61,176 nt of DNA from contig NW_025215381.1 of assembly GCF_004010195.1 (NCBI RefSeq), forward strand, positions 1,542,949 through 1,604,124. Direction: 5' to 3'. Position 1 is the stretch's first letter; the number at the start of each line of letters is the position of its first letter. Under the pieces are notes generated by a model, which made no database searches, had not been told where the DNA came from, and saw only the letters and a program-made list of their open reading frames with translations. Below, piece after piece: positions 12,828 to 24,299 of this stretch. Both the position numbers and the translations under genes were made by a program. Origin of the DNA: Chiloscyllium plagiosum (taxonomy: Eukaryota).

Positions 12828-13077
12828 ATCAGGTAGTTAAAGGATTTATTTGCCGTTTCCCAATTTTACCTGCCTTGTTTTTCTTCTATTTGTTGTAAAC
12901 ACTGTCATTATAAGTTTCTTTAACAAACTATTGACAATCCAAGCTCATGTCCAGGGTAAAATAATTTTTGAAAACTACCATTTTAGGCAAATAAACCTCA
13001 TCCTTTTCCATATTAAAACCTCTAGCGCAGTAGTAAAAATACAACTGACAATCGCCCGTAAAGCCAAAGTGAATCCT

Positions 13078-13310
13078 AGAATTCCCACAGTGTGGAAGCA
13101 GGCCATTTGGCCCCTCGAGTCCACACTGACCCTCTGAAGAGCATCGTGCCAAACCCATGCTCCGACCCTGTCGCTGTAACCCCATGGCTAATCCGCCTAA
13201 CCTACACATCTTTGGACTGAGGGAGGACACCTAAGCAGACGGGGAGAATAAGCAAGCTCCATGCCTGTGGGTGAAATGGAACCTGGCGCCCGGAGCACTT
13301 GTAGTGCTGC
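13078..13310 (-). mobile_element. Degenerate HE1-type SINE
   Basis: Tail and partial body recognisable. Confidence 0.7.
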
Positions 13311-14269
13311 CCTGAAAGCTGCAGCATAGATTTTAAATCATTGTTTGCGCAGAGGTTACTGTATGCTTGCTGATGTTAAAACTTGCTCTGCAACCTTGCT
13401 GCACGACATGCGAATATTTTGCAGCTTCACTAGATTTTTAGGTATGCCTGGTGCGGCTTCTGGCACTCCCCGCACTCTCCTTTGAACCACACTTGATCCC
13501 CTTACTTGATGGTAATGGTTGAGTAGGGGATATGATGGGCTTTGAGATTGCATATTGTGGCTGAACATACTTCTGCTATTGATGGCCCATGTGTGCCTGG
13601 TCTTAATTTGCTAGATCTGTTCCTATTCTGTCCCATTTGACATTGTGATAACGCCACACAACCCGTTGGAAGGTGTCCTCTGTGAAGGCTGCACAAGGGG
13701 CTGTGCAGTGGTCACTCTTAACTGATACTGTCATAGACCGATGCGTGTCTGGCAGGCAGATTGGCGAGGAAAAATATATACTTTTCTCCCTCTTGTTTCC
13801 ATCACTACATGCTGCAGACCCAGTCTAATAGCAAAGCTCTTTAGTACAATCAACTCCATCAGCAGTGCTGCTCCGAGTCACTTGTGGTAATGAACTTTGA
13901 AATTCCCCAACCGGAACATCCTTTGTTCCCTTGTCACCTTCAAAATTCCTCCAAGTGACACTCAACACGGAGGAAAGGGATAGGTGTAATGGTGCAAGGT
14001 TTTCTTCTTCATGTTGGACCTGATGCCATAAGATTTCATGTGGTCCAGAGTCAATGTTGAGGATTCTCAGTGTTGAGCAACTCGCTCCTGACTGTGCACC
14101 AATGTTCTTCTCCCTGTGTCGGGTCCTCTCTGTCTTTGTGACAGGGCAGATACAGCCCAGGGTTAGATACAGAGGAAAGCTCTCTACACCGTCTCCATCC
14201 CATGGCACATGGAGCATAAGATTAAGTAGAGAGTAAAGTTGCCTCTATATTTATAGAATAGAATTTATA

Positions 14270-14745
14270 GATTCCCTCCAGTGTGGAAACAGGTCCTTCG
14301 GCCCAACACGTCCACACAGACCCTCCAAAGACTAACCCACCCAGACTAATTTCCATATCCTATATTTACCCCTGACTTATGCACCTAACCTACACACCCC
14401 TGAACACTATGGGGTAATTTAGCATGGCCAATTCACCCTAACCTACACATCCCTAACACCACGGGGTAGTTTAGCATGGCCAATCCACCCTAACCTACAC
14501 ATCCCTAACACCATGGGGTAGTTTAGCATGGCCAATCCACCCTAACCCACACATCCCTAACACCACGGGGTAGTTTAGCACGGCCAATCCACCCTAACCT
14601 GCAGATCTTTTGACTGTGGGAGGAAACCCACGCAGACACAGGTAGAATGCGCAAACTCCACAGACGGTCGCCCGAGCTGGAATTGAACCCAGGTCCCTGG
14701 CGCTGAGAGGCAGCTGTGCTAACCACTGAGCCACCGTGCCGCCCC
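14270..14745 (-). mobile_element. HE1-type SINE with about 4 internal tandem units
   Basis: Ends just upstream of the 14802 acceptor tract. Confidence 0.9.
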
Positions 14746-14801
14746 TAGTGGATGAAATTACTAATTGCTCACAGTTTCTCTCATTCTTCCTCTGGTTTCA
14801 G

Positions 14802-14875
14802 TATTTCTGGGACGATGAGTGGGAGCCAAGTGCCTACGCAGCAAGCTGGCACCACGAATGCTTCGAGCTTTGGAG
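14802..14875 (+). CDS. AGFG2: AGFG-family exon (S)ISGTMSGSQVPTQQAGTTNASSFG
   Basis: Acceptor ttcttcctctggtttcag|, donor GAG|gtattg; phase 2 to phase 1; ends in FG like the corresponding AGFG exon. Confidence 0.8.
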
Positions 14876-15171
14876 GTATTGATAAACTGTTCAATTTTTA
14901 CTGTTTAGTCTTCTTGCTCTTCACATGTTAACCCTGCCTAGTGTATATTGCCTCTTCTACCCCTGTCCCCACCCCTCTCCTCCTCTATCCCCTTGAAAGG
15001 CCGACCTGCTTTCTTTGCATGCTGAGGTCGGGGATATTCCTTTAAGAAACCACTGCACCTCTGAGGGACTGAGCTTCATGTATGTGGGGGTTGTGTCAAC
15101 ACTTTGTGCTTGGTTGCTGTCCCTAGTGAAATGTATTGTTCGCTGTACATCACTAACCACTCTCCTCCAAT

Positions 15172-15200
15172 TTTTTTTCCCTCTCTTCCTCCTTCTCTCT

Positions 15201-15238
<38 letters not shown>
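15172..15238 (+). repeat. (CT)n microsatellite forming the polypyrimidine tract of exon 15249
   Basis: Directly visible in sequence. Confidence 0.9.
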
Positions 15239-15239
<1 letters not shown>

Positions 15240-15248
15240 GCGTTTTAG

Positions 15249-15332
15249 CTTTCAGTAATCCGTTTGCTGCTCCTACTGCCACAGCACAAGCTGCTTCTAC
15301 CAACCCCTTCCAGACCAACGGAATGGCACCAG
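15249..15332 (+). CDS. AGFG2: AGFG-family exon (A)FSNPFAAPTATAQAASTNPFQTNGMAP with two NPF (EH-binding) motifs
   Basis: Acceptor ttttag| after a CT microsatellite; donor CAG|gtgagt; resembles human AGFG2 AFTNPF...STNPFQPNGLAP as recalled. Confidence 0.9.
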
Positions 15333-16804
15333 GTGAGTCTTTGGAGCCTCTCTGTATCGCTTTCTCTCTTGTTGGTGGAAAGTAGTGCTAACCTTCGGTT
15401 TTCTCATCTTCTCTGACAGTTCCCTGCCTCCTGAGCTCATTGACCATTCCCGGGTCACCTTTTCCTTGGCTCCCTGCCAACTCTTTGCAGAAATGTCCGT
15501 CTTTTCCTGAGCCGGCTCAGCCCCTTTCCAGTGTGCACTTGAACCAAAGCGGTGTACTGGGCATCAGCCAGGGAGATACTCCGGGCTTCCCAAAGCCGTC
15601 ATGCCCCCTCGATTCCAGGGAGGTTACGCCTGCAGTCTGGGAGATGATAAAGTGGTCAGATTTCTAGTCGAGCATTTTAAAGTAATCTTGTCCATCTGAA
15701 GCATCAGTGAATGCCGCACACTCTGCATACTGCCTGGTGTTTCTGTGTTTCGCTGTGTGAAGAGGTTGTTCAGCAATATCGTCAGAATAACCACTGCATT
15801 AATATAGCACCTTCAGTGTAGCCAAGTATGGTAAAGTGGGCCACAGCAACAGTCTGAAATGAAATGCGATTTGGACAGGTGGCCAAAGCTTGCCCAGTGC
15901 AGTCAGATTTATAGTGGGAAATGTTGAGAGGAGTTGGAGTTCAGGGCCATGACGGATTGAATATTGACTCACAGAAAATATTGGTGGATGTTGTACCCAT
16001 GCTGCAGTATGTACAGTCATAATTTTGTTCTGTGTGGATTTTCTGGTAAATTCTCCACATTACCTGCTTGCTTTTTCTGCACGTAGATCATCTCAGAATA
16101 CGTTCTTTTTAACTCTTTTGTGTACTTGGTGTGTCAATGTTGTTGCTAGCGTTTATTACCCATCCCTAGTTGCCCTGCAGAAAGTGTTAGGGTTCAAAGT
16201 CTTGAACAGCTGAAATACGTGGGATGAGGTTCTATCCCACAATGCTTTTAGGGAAGGGTTTTGACCAGCGATACATTTTCAAGTTGGGATGGGGAAGTGA
16301 CTTGGAGGTGTGGTGATGTTTCCGTGTGTCTGCTGCCCTTGTCCTTCTACAAGGAAGTGGTCGTGGGTTTGGAAGGTGCTGTTGAACGAGCCTTGGTGAG
16401 CTTCTGCAGTGCGACTTGTCGATAGCATACGCTGCTGCTACTGAGTGACGCCGGTGGAGAGGGTGGATGCTTGTGAGCATGGTGCCAGTCAGCTGCTTTG
16501 CCTGGGATGGTGTCAAGCTTCTAGAGTGGTGTTGGAGCTATGTCCAAGCAGACAGTATTCCGTCACGCTCCTGACTTGTAGACGGTGGGCAAGCTACGAG
16601 CATGATGGATAACTTCCCACTTGCAGCTCCAGTAACACTCGAGGTTGACACCTGGCCAGAGCCTGTGCCTGCGTCATGACAGGCACTCATTTTGATTCAG
16701 TTCGCGGAGTGCCATCAGAAGGCAGCTGCTGACTCGGGTTACCTTTTGACCGTATTGAACCCCCACGGGTTCGTACGAGAGTGTGGCTTTCTCTGTTGCA
16801 CTCG

Positions 16805-17297
16805 AGAACTTATACACGTAATGGTAAGGTCCTAGGGAGTGTTGCTGAACAAAGAGACCTTGGAGTGCAGGTTCATAGCTCCTTGAAAGTGGAGTCGCAG
16901 GTAGATAGGATAGTGAAGAAGGTGTTTGGTATGCTTTCCTTTATTGGTCAGAGTATTGAGTACAGGAGTTGGGAGGTCATGTTGCGGTTGTATAGAACAN
17001 NNNNNNNNNNNNNNNNNNNNNNNNNNNNNNNNNNNNNNNNNNNNNNNNNNNNNNNNNNNNNCAACTTTTTCACACAGAGGGTGGTACGTGTATGGAATGA
17101 GCTGCTAGAGGATGTGGTGGAGGCTGGTACAATTACAACATTTAAAAGGCATCTGGATGGGTATATGAATAGAAAGGGTTTGGAGGGATATGGGCCGGGT
17201 GCTGGCAGGTGGGACTAGATTGGGTTGGGATATCTGGTCGGCATGGATGGGTTGGACCGAAGGGTCTGTTTCCGTGCTGTACATCTCTATGACTCTT
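16805..17297 (+). mobile_element. Young CR1 LINE 3' fragment spanning gap 17000-17061
   Basis: EQRDLGVQVHSSLKVESQVDR...FFTQRVVRVWN; tail ctatgactc. Confidence 0.9.
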
Positions 17298-17628
17298 GAG
17301 TGTTTGAGGAAGCTGGAGGACTGAATGCCGATCCTGGAGGACTGTGAAGCCGACAGGCTGACCTGCCACCTTTGGCTGCAGAATGGCTGGGTTACTGCAC
17401 TCTCCTTGTGCGTTGAGAGTCATGGAGCTTGGATGCTCAGCACATGGTGCACAGCACCATCAGTGGGTCTCGTGTGGCTGACTGTTGGAGGACATTCACA
17501 ACATTCTCCCGTGATAAGATTTCTTCAAAAATGCTTGCCTCAGGACCTTCTGTGTGTTACAATACTGGTTGGGGAAGGTAGTGGAGAGCAGGAGTCTCTG
17601 CAGTAATGCACATTTTGTTTTCGTTCAG

Positions 17629-17862
17629 CTCCAATGTACAGTGGAGTACCACCAGGGTACGGACCTACCTCAGTCGCAGGGGGGTTCGCAGGATTCCCGC
17701 AGCATCCCTTCTCGCAGCAGCAGCCGCAGCAGCAACAGCAACATGTGTTCGCTCAGCCGCAGGCCTTTCCACAGCAGCAAGGCTACAGCCAACAGCAGCA
17801 ACAGGCTTTTGCCCAGCAGCAGTCATTCCTGCAGCAGCAAGGCTTTGCTCAGCAACAAAATG
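17629..17862 (+). CDS. AGFG2: AGFG-family Q/F-rich exon (A)PMYSGVPPGYGPTSVAGGFAGFPQHPFSQQQ...QQQGFAQQQN
   Basis: Acceptor ttttgttttcgttcag|, donor ATG|gtaatg; phase 1-1; ends QQQNG like AGFG1/2. Confidence 0.9.
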
Positions 17863-18502
17863 GTAATGTCTGTCACGATAGAAAAGCCAAGCTGGCACAT
17901 TGTCCATGACGGAGAGGGTATGCTGGGGTTGGAGCGCTGAATGGGTCTCCAAGGGTTAAATGACAGCGGGGAGGTGACGATGGGGGTGTTTTGGGGGTTG
18001 GGGGTATGTGTAACTAACTCGCAACCTTCACTTGATGCTCTACCCAAGCTGCATTGAACAGTTGATTGTGGAGATTAAGGGGCGACCCGACAGAGGGAAA
18101 CCGTTTTCCCTGATGGGCAGCTAGGAGGGAAAGTCAGTGGAGGGGGGGGACCTCCACAACAAGAGGGCAGTGCCTTAAAATGTAAGCCAGACTTGGGGGG
18201 CCATGTGGGGAACAATATTTGAAAGGGGATCGAAATCTCACCCCGCTCCATTCTTTTTTAATAACGACCTGGGAGCTAAGGGAGTTTGTGTGCTGTCTCC
18301 ACGTCAGTGTCTCAACCACAAAGTCATCTCACCAAGCGATCAACCCCCGTTCCTACCATGTGATAAATAGCTGTGACCGTTTGAAACGTGGGACTCCTGT
18401 CCAGATGAGAGAGAGAGAGGGGAAAAGCTTCCAATATATACTTTTCTTTTCAGTGCAGTGATATGTATTATTCCGTGTTCTGCCTGTTTCTGGTGTGTGT
18501 AG

Positions 18503-18597
18503 GTGCTGGGTTCGGTGCCTTTGGGCAGTCGAAAGGAATGCCACAAATGATGGGTCCATTGATACAAGGAGGTGGAGTGCCCAGCAACCCATTTATG
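18503..18597 (+). CDS. AGFG2: AGFG-family penultimate coding exon (G)AGFGAFGQSKGMPQMMGPLIQGGGVPSNPFM
   Basis: Acceptor gtgtag|, donor ATG|gtatgt (phase 0); FG repeats and SNPFM match AGFG1 GAGFAAFGQTK...SSNPFM as recalled. Confidence 0.9.
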
Positions 18598-18869
18598 GTA
18601 TGTGCCACACTGACTGCTTTCAACGGGAGCGAAGATGAGCTGTAATGTGTAAAGCTGGGTAAAGTGAATGGGACTGGATTAAGTAACCGCGTGCTGGCAA
18701 GCTCGGAGTCCCAATCTGCGGAGCCACGAGGTCTGATTTTGGGGCTCAGAGCAGCATGAAACTGGAACCAGAGGTTATGTGCAAAAAAAATAAGGTCAGA
18801 GTCAGGATTCACTCAATGTCCCTGCCTCACCTACTCAGACTGACTCGTGTGTCAGACTGATTTGTCTCA

Positions 18870-19770
18870 CAGAACGGTACAGCACTGTACAGGCCCTTCG
18901 GCCTTCGATGTTGTACTAGCCTTTTATCCTACTCTAAGATCAAACTAACCTATGCACCCTTTATTTTACTATCATCCATGTGCCTATCTAAGAGTCTCTT
19001 AAATGTCCCTCATGTCTCTGTCTCTACTCCCACCGCTGGCAGTGCATTCCACGCACCCACCAGTCTCCGTGTAAAGAACCACCCTCTGACAACTCCCCAA
19101 AACCTTCCTCCAAGCACTTTAAAATTATAACCCCTCGTTTCCGCCCTGGGAAAATGTCTCTGGCTATCCACTCTATCTATGCCTCTCATCATCTTGTATG
19201 CCTCTATCAAGTCACCTCTCATCTTATAGAACATAGAACATAGAACATAGAAGAATCTCTACTCCCACCGCTGGCAGTGCATTCCACGCACCCACCAGTC
19301 TCCGTGTAAAGAACCACCCTCTGACAACTCCCCAAAACCTTCCTCCAAGCACCTTAAAATTATACCCCCTTGTTTCAGCCCTGGGAAAATGTCTCTGGAT
19401 GCCCACTCTATCTATGCCTCTCATCATCTTGTACGCCTCTATCAAGTCACCTCTCATCTTCCTTCGCTCCAATGAGAAAAGCCCTAACTCCCTCAACCGT
19501 TCAACATACTTAGCTGTAGTCTCCCGGGTTCACCTCAACTCGGCCGCTGCTCCCACTCAAAAATCTTCCTTCGCTCCAATGAGAAAAGCCCTAACTCCCT
19601 CAACCGTTCAACATAGGATCTGCCTTCTCGTCCAGGCAGCATTCTGGCAAATTTCCTCTCTAAAGCTTCCACATCCTTCCTATAATGAGGCGACCAGAAC
19701 TGAACAATAGTATTTCATAGTTGTCTGTCCAGGGTTCGATAGAGCTGTAGCATAACCTCACGGCTCTGAA
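18870..19770 (-). mobile_element. CR1 LINE 3' fragment with internal tandem duplications
   Basis: RGDLIEAYKMMRGIDRV repeated (19020-19225 and 19255-19460), separated by (tagaaca)n. Confidence 0.85.
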
Positions 19771-20494
19771 TTGTCTTGAACCTGTTGTGAATTGCTTGGT
19801 TGTTACGCTGTTGCAAGGAGGTGAGGTACCTCTTCTCTAGCCCCTTATAGGGCTAGACAAAGATGCATCTACGTCCAAACTCGAGCCGCGTGTCCAGTTC
19901 TGGTCGCCACGCTATGCGAAGGATGTGAGACGTCCCCAGTTGGTTCCAGGGAAAGAGAGCTTCTAGTGACATGGTTGGGTCGGAGAAGTTGGGCTTGTTC
20001 TGCCTAGAGAGAAAGCCATTGAGGGGAGATTTGATCGAGATGTATGAGATCACGAGAGGTTTGGAAGAAGGCAGACGAAAGAGAGCTTCCGTCAGCTGGC
20101 ACAAGGATGAAGGGGACACAGGCTCATGGTTTTGGGCAGCTGATGTGGCAGTGTGTCAAAGGTCAAAGTTTTTCCGCAGTAAATGAGAATGGTCTGGAAG
20201 CCACTGCCTGTGCTGGGGGTGGGGAGGGAACAATTGCTGTAACTCAGAGAGACACAGCACCATTGCTGTCACAAGATTTTGGGAAGCCCTGATCTATAAG
20301 GGGGGTGGGGGGTAAGTCGTCGATAGACATGGAATAGCTGGGCTGATCTGGCCATAGCAACAGTCCATAGGCAATTAGAGCATTGGAAAGATGAACTGCA
20401 GTAGTCCTTCAGCCTCTTAATCCTCCAACACCAGTCAGTACAGTCAATTTAGATTTTGTGCTTCTGCGCTACTTTCCCGCGTGAAAATTGAAAT

Positions 20495-20956
20495 TTTGGA
20501 TGTAGGTTTGCTCGCTGAGCTGGAATGTTCATTTCCAGACGTTTCGTTAACCTATTAGGTAACATTTTCAGTGGGCCTCAGGTGAAGCACTGCTGAAAAT
20601 TCCTGCTTTCTATTTATATGTTTGGGTTTCTTTGGCTTGATGCCATTTCCTATGGTGATGGTATTTCCTGTGGTGATGTCATTACCCTATTCCTTTTCTC
20701 TTTTGATATCAACAAACACATTGAGTTCGACCCCATCTATCACCCCCTGAGAAAAAGAACGGGAAGTGACTTCACCAACCCAAAGAAACCCAAACATATA
20801 AATAGAAAGCAGGAATTTTCAGCAGTGCTTCGCCTGAGGCCCACTGAAGATGTTACCTAGTACGGTGACGAAACGTCTGGAAATGAACCTTCCAGCTCAG
20901 CGAGCAAACCTACATCCAGAACCTCAACCTGAGCTACAAATCTTCTCAAAACTCGT
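20495..20956 (+). mobile_element. Non-autonomous Penelope-like element with inverted terminal arms and hammerhead motif
   Basis: About 140-bp inverted arms (20497-20635 and 20779-20918); 13-bp TSD tgaaaattgaaat (20482-20494, 20957-20969). Confidence 0.85.
20841..20880 (+). ncRNA. Minimal type I hammerhead ribozyme motif
   Basis: CCA-CTGAAGA-T-GTTACC-tagtac-GGTGAC-GAAAC-GTC-TGG: conserved core, 6-bp stem II, CCA/TGG stem I. Confidence 0.7.
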
Positions 20957-22786
20957 TGAAAATTGAAATGTTGATTGATCTCAGTCTTTACTGTAATCAG
21001 CAACTGAGCATCCGCAGCACTCTGAGGTTCCAAAGATCACAATCCCATTAAGTGCACAACTCGGTCCAAAATGACCAAAACCTTATCCTGAGTGCGTGTT
21101 CCTGTGTGCCAGGTTTTCCAGCCTGGGATTGGGGGGGGGGGGGGGGGGGGGGGGAAATGTAGCCTGTCAGCATTGATTCTGTTTAAATCCTAGCGGAGCC
21201 TTTATACTTTAGTTGGAATGATATTTTAATGAGTTTTGTTACCTAAGTGTGGGATCTTTCCCCACAGTACCAGGCCCTTTGGCCTTTCTGCTCCAAGCTG
21301 TTTTCCACCCCATCTTCATCTTATCCAATCGGTATACCCTTCCGTTCCCTCCTTCCTCATAAGTTTATCCAGCATTTGTCTTAAACTGAAAGAGCGTTGG
21401 AATTTGGAGAAACAGGTGACCCATTCTAAGGTGAAATGCAGCCAGAGGTGTGGTAAATAAATGTCCTTTAAAAGGAAACCTGACCAGGGGTATAATGAAG
21501 TTTTGTGAGTGTGGTGCTGGAAGAGCATCCCTCCCCATAAGCTTGATAAGTAAACAGTCGTGATGTTGAGAGCAAGTTCAGCTACGTTACCTCTGTGGTC
21601 AAATAGGCACTCGTCAAGACTGACCATTTGGGCATGAGGTCATGGTGAGCTATTAATGGATGCTGAACCCCCACTCTGGCAAGAATGAGAAAAAGACAGG
21701 CAGTGGGTCACTGAATATAGAACTGTTACTGATAATCCAGAGGTTAATCATATGTTTTTCCTCCCTTTTTCTCTCTCTCTCTTTCTCTCTCTCTCCCTCC
21801 CCTCTCTTCCTCTCTCTTCCTCTTTCTTTCTCTCTCTGTCTCCCCCCTCTCTCTATCATTGAACAGCTCTCTGGAACCAGGGCGATTCTTTCTGTGTCCC
21901 TCTGTAAAAATCCTGGAAATATTCACCAGAGCATATTTCAGTTGAGATTTCATGAAGATTGAGATACAAGAAATAAAAAAAGTACAGGAAATGGGAGCAG
22001 TGTAGATTATATGGTTCAAACCATTCCATGTTCAACATCTAGATGGGAAAAACTGATCTGAACAGAGATTGGAGAACAATGCTTCTGCTGATTCTTGAGA
22101 ATTATGGACATTATATAAGAAAGGTTCAGCGTCTTCATTTTAGACTTTCTCTATATTTGAAAGGTCTATCATATTCCTTCCCTTATTCCTGCGGAGCTCT
22201 GTGATAAATTATAATACAAGGTTAAGGTTCGTGGCACTGGCATCGCAGGATCGATCCTTTAAAATAACNNNNNNNNNNNNNNNNNNNNNNNNNNNNNNNN
22301 NNNNNNNNNNNNNNNNNNNNNNNNNNNNNNNNNNNNNNNNNNNNNNNNNNNNNNNNNNNNNNNNNNNNNNNNNNNNNNNNNNNNNNNNNNNNNNNNNNNN
22401 NNNNNNNNNNNNNNNNNNNNNNNNNNNNNNNNNNNNNNNNNNNNNNNNNNNNNNNNNNNNNNNNNNNNNNNNNNNNNNNNNNNNNNNNNNNNNNNNNNNN
22501 NNNNNNNNNNNNNNNNNNNNNNNNNNNNNNNNNNNNNNNNNNNNNNNNNNNNNNNNNNNNNNNNNNNNNNNNNNNNNNNNNNNNNNNNNNNNNNNNNNNN
22601 NNNNNNNNNNNNNNNNNNNNNNNNNNNNNNNNNNNNNNNNNNNNNNNNNNNNNNNNNNNNNNNNNNNNNNNNNNNNNNNNNNNNNNNNNNNNNNNNNNNN
22701 NNNNNNNNNNNNNNNNNNNNNNNNNNNNNNNNNNNNNNNNNNNNNNNNNNNNNNNNNNNNNNNNNNNNNNNNNNNNNNNNNNNNNN

Positions 22787-24250
22787 GTAAGTAGGTGGGG
22801 GAGGCCGGGGGGGGGGGAAAGGCGAGACTTTACGCTGATGGGGTTTGGACTGGGGGAGGCTTGAGGTCTATAATCCTCCTAATTTGCAATTAACTCAGTA
22901 TATCGCTGTCAGAGGGGTTTTGGGAAGTGAGGGGGTGGATGAAAGTGGATAGTCGCTGGAGTGCAGTTTCACACAGCATCAGGGGCACAGGCCGGCTTGT
23001 GGGGCAAGTGGGTGACACAGCTGGGTTGGGCAGCAGTGAAGTGGGTGGGTGCCCCCTCCTAGTGTTGACTCCCGGAGTGGGTTTCAGGTGCGTGTGTTGT
23101 CACAGGGGCTGGCGGAGAGTGGTGTGGGTGCTCTCGGCGTTTGTAGAACCTTCCGACACGGACCTTAAACGTCCGGCAGCTGTCCGAGCCCAGTCGGGTG
23201 AGGGTGAGAAGGGGAGCCTGTGAGCAGCACAGAGCCGCGGGGAGAGGCGTTGTCTACGCGTTGTCAGAGACTGTCGCTGCTGCAAACACCCCGCCATCTG
23301 CGGCGACCGTTGTTCAATGAGGGAACGGATTACTGGACTCCTTGTTTTAAAATTTGAAGTGTCCCGTTCGGAATCGTAAGCAAACTCTGCTCAGTTTGCC
23401 CTTCCCAACTTGCTGCCCCCTCCTCCTCCTCCTCAGCCCCATTTTGCAGTGCTTTATCAGGTCCACTTGCATTCCTCCCACTTCCTTGTGACGGACCGTC
23501 TCCTCCACCCGATCGATTGTTGTTTTTTTCCTGTCTCGGAAGATGCCTTTCCATTCCAAAGACTGCTGCAAAGTGAAAACCGACCTGGTGATGATCGGGT
23601 CCGGAATTGGCCCGTCTCCCCCTTGTTACTGTTTGGCGAGCTGCTCTGTTGGTATCTCGGGCTTGTTTCTGTGTCTTTTAATTTTTTTAAAACTGTTACA
23701 CCAATTCTGCTGCGTTCTACCGTTCATTCAAAATATATATTTTGTTCATCTATCAATGCATGATGCAATGATCCTCTTGATTTGGGTTTGACAACTTGCG
23801 TGCACACCACCGTGAGAAGATGTGATAACAAAATAGAATGTTGGATAATCGAGGTTCCTTGTATACCATCACCTCCCCCACCCCTCAAAAGAATCAATAT
23901 TGCAGAGTAATCACCAATTGTTTAACCTCAGCTGAATGGTTATTCTTTTTGTATTGTGCCATTGTTCCATCTATTTAACAGTTTGTCTTGACATCTTGTC
24001 TTGATGATGTATTGAGATCGCAGTGATTATGGCACAAAGAGGGAGGGCTTTCAGGCTTTCATTGATTCATTCAGTAGACCATTTGTACAATATTTAGGCG
24101 CCCAAGTGGACAAATGAATAGTACTGGTCCATCCCTGATCTATGATTGGCTGGTTAACAGTGATGTGGATACGAAGGGCGAGAAGAGAAATGCAGACACG
24201 GTCAGTCTCCTGACTGCAAAAGCCCACCCCCACTGCCCTTCTTTAGCTGG
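22787..24250 (+). other. Probable 3'UTR of the AGFG gene (last coding exon hidden in gap 22269-22786)
   Basis: Repeat-free unique sequence with U-rich tracts; no NPFL-stop exon is visible elsewhere; gap ends with g-taa. Confidence 0.5.
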
Positions 24251-24299
24251 TAATAGCCCATTGGCCAGTAGACAAGGAAAATGTTACAAGTGACCTGAG

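Noticed and set aside
21131..21154. Poly-G run as a functional G-quadruplex
   Set aside because: Simple homopolymer of uncertain length with no context suggesting function
22201..22794. ORFs spanning N-gaps (also 57666-58372)
   Set aside because: Artefacts of translating Ns
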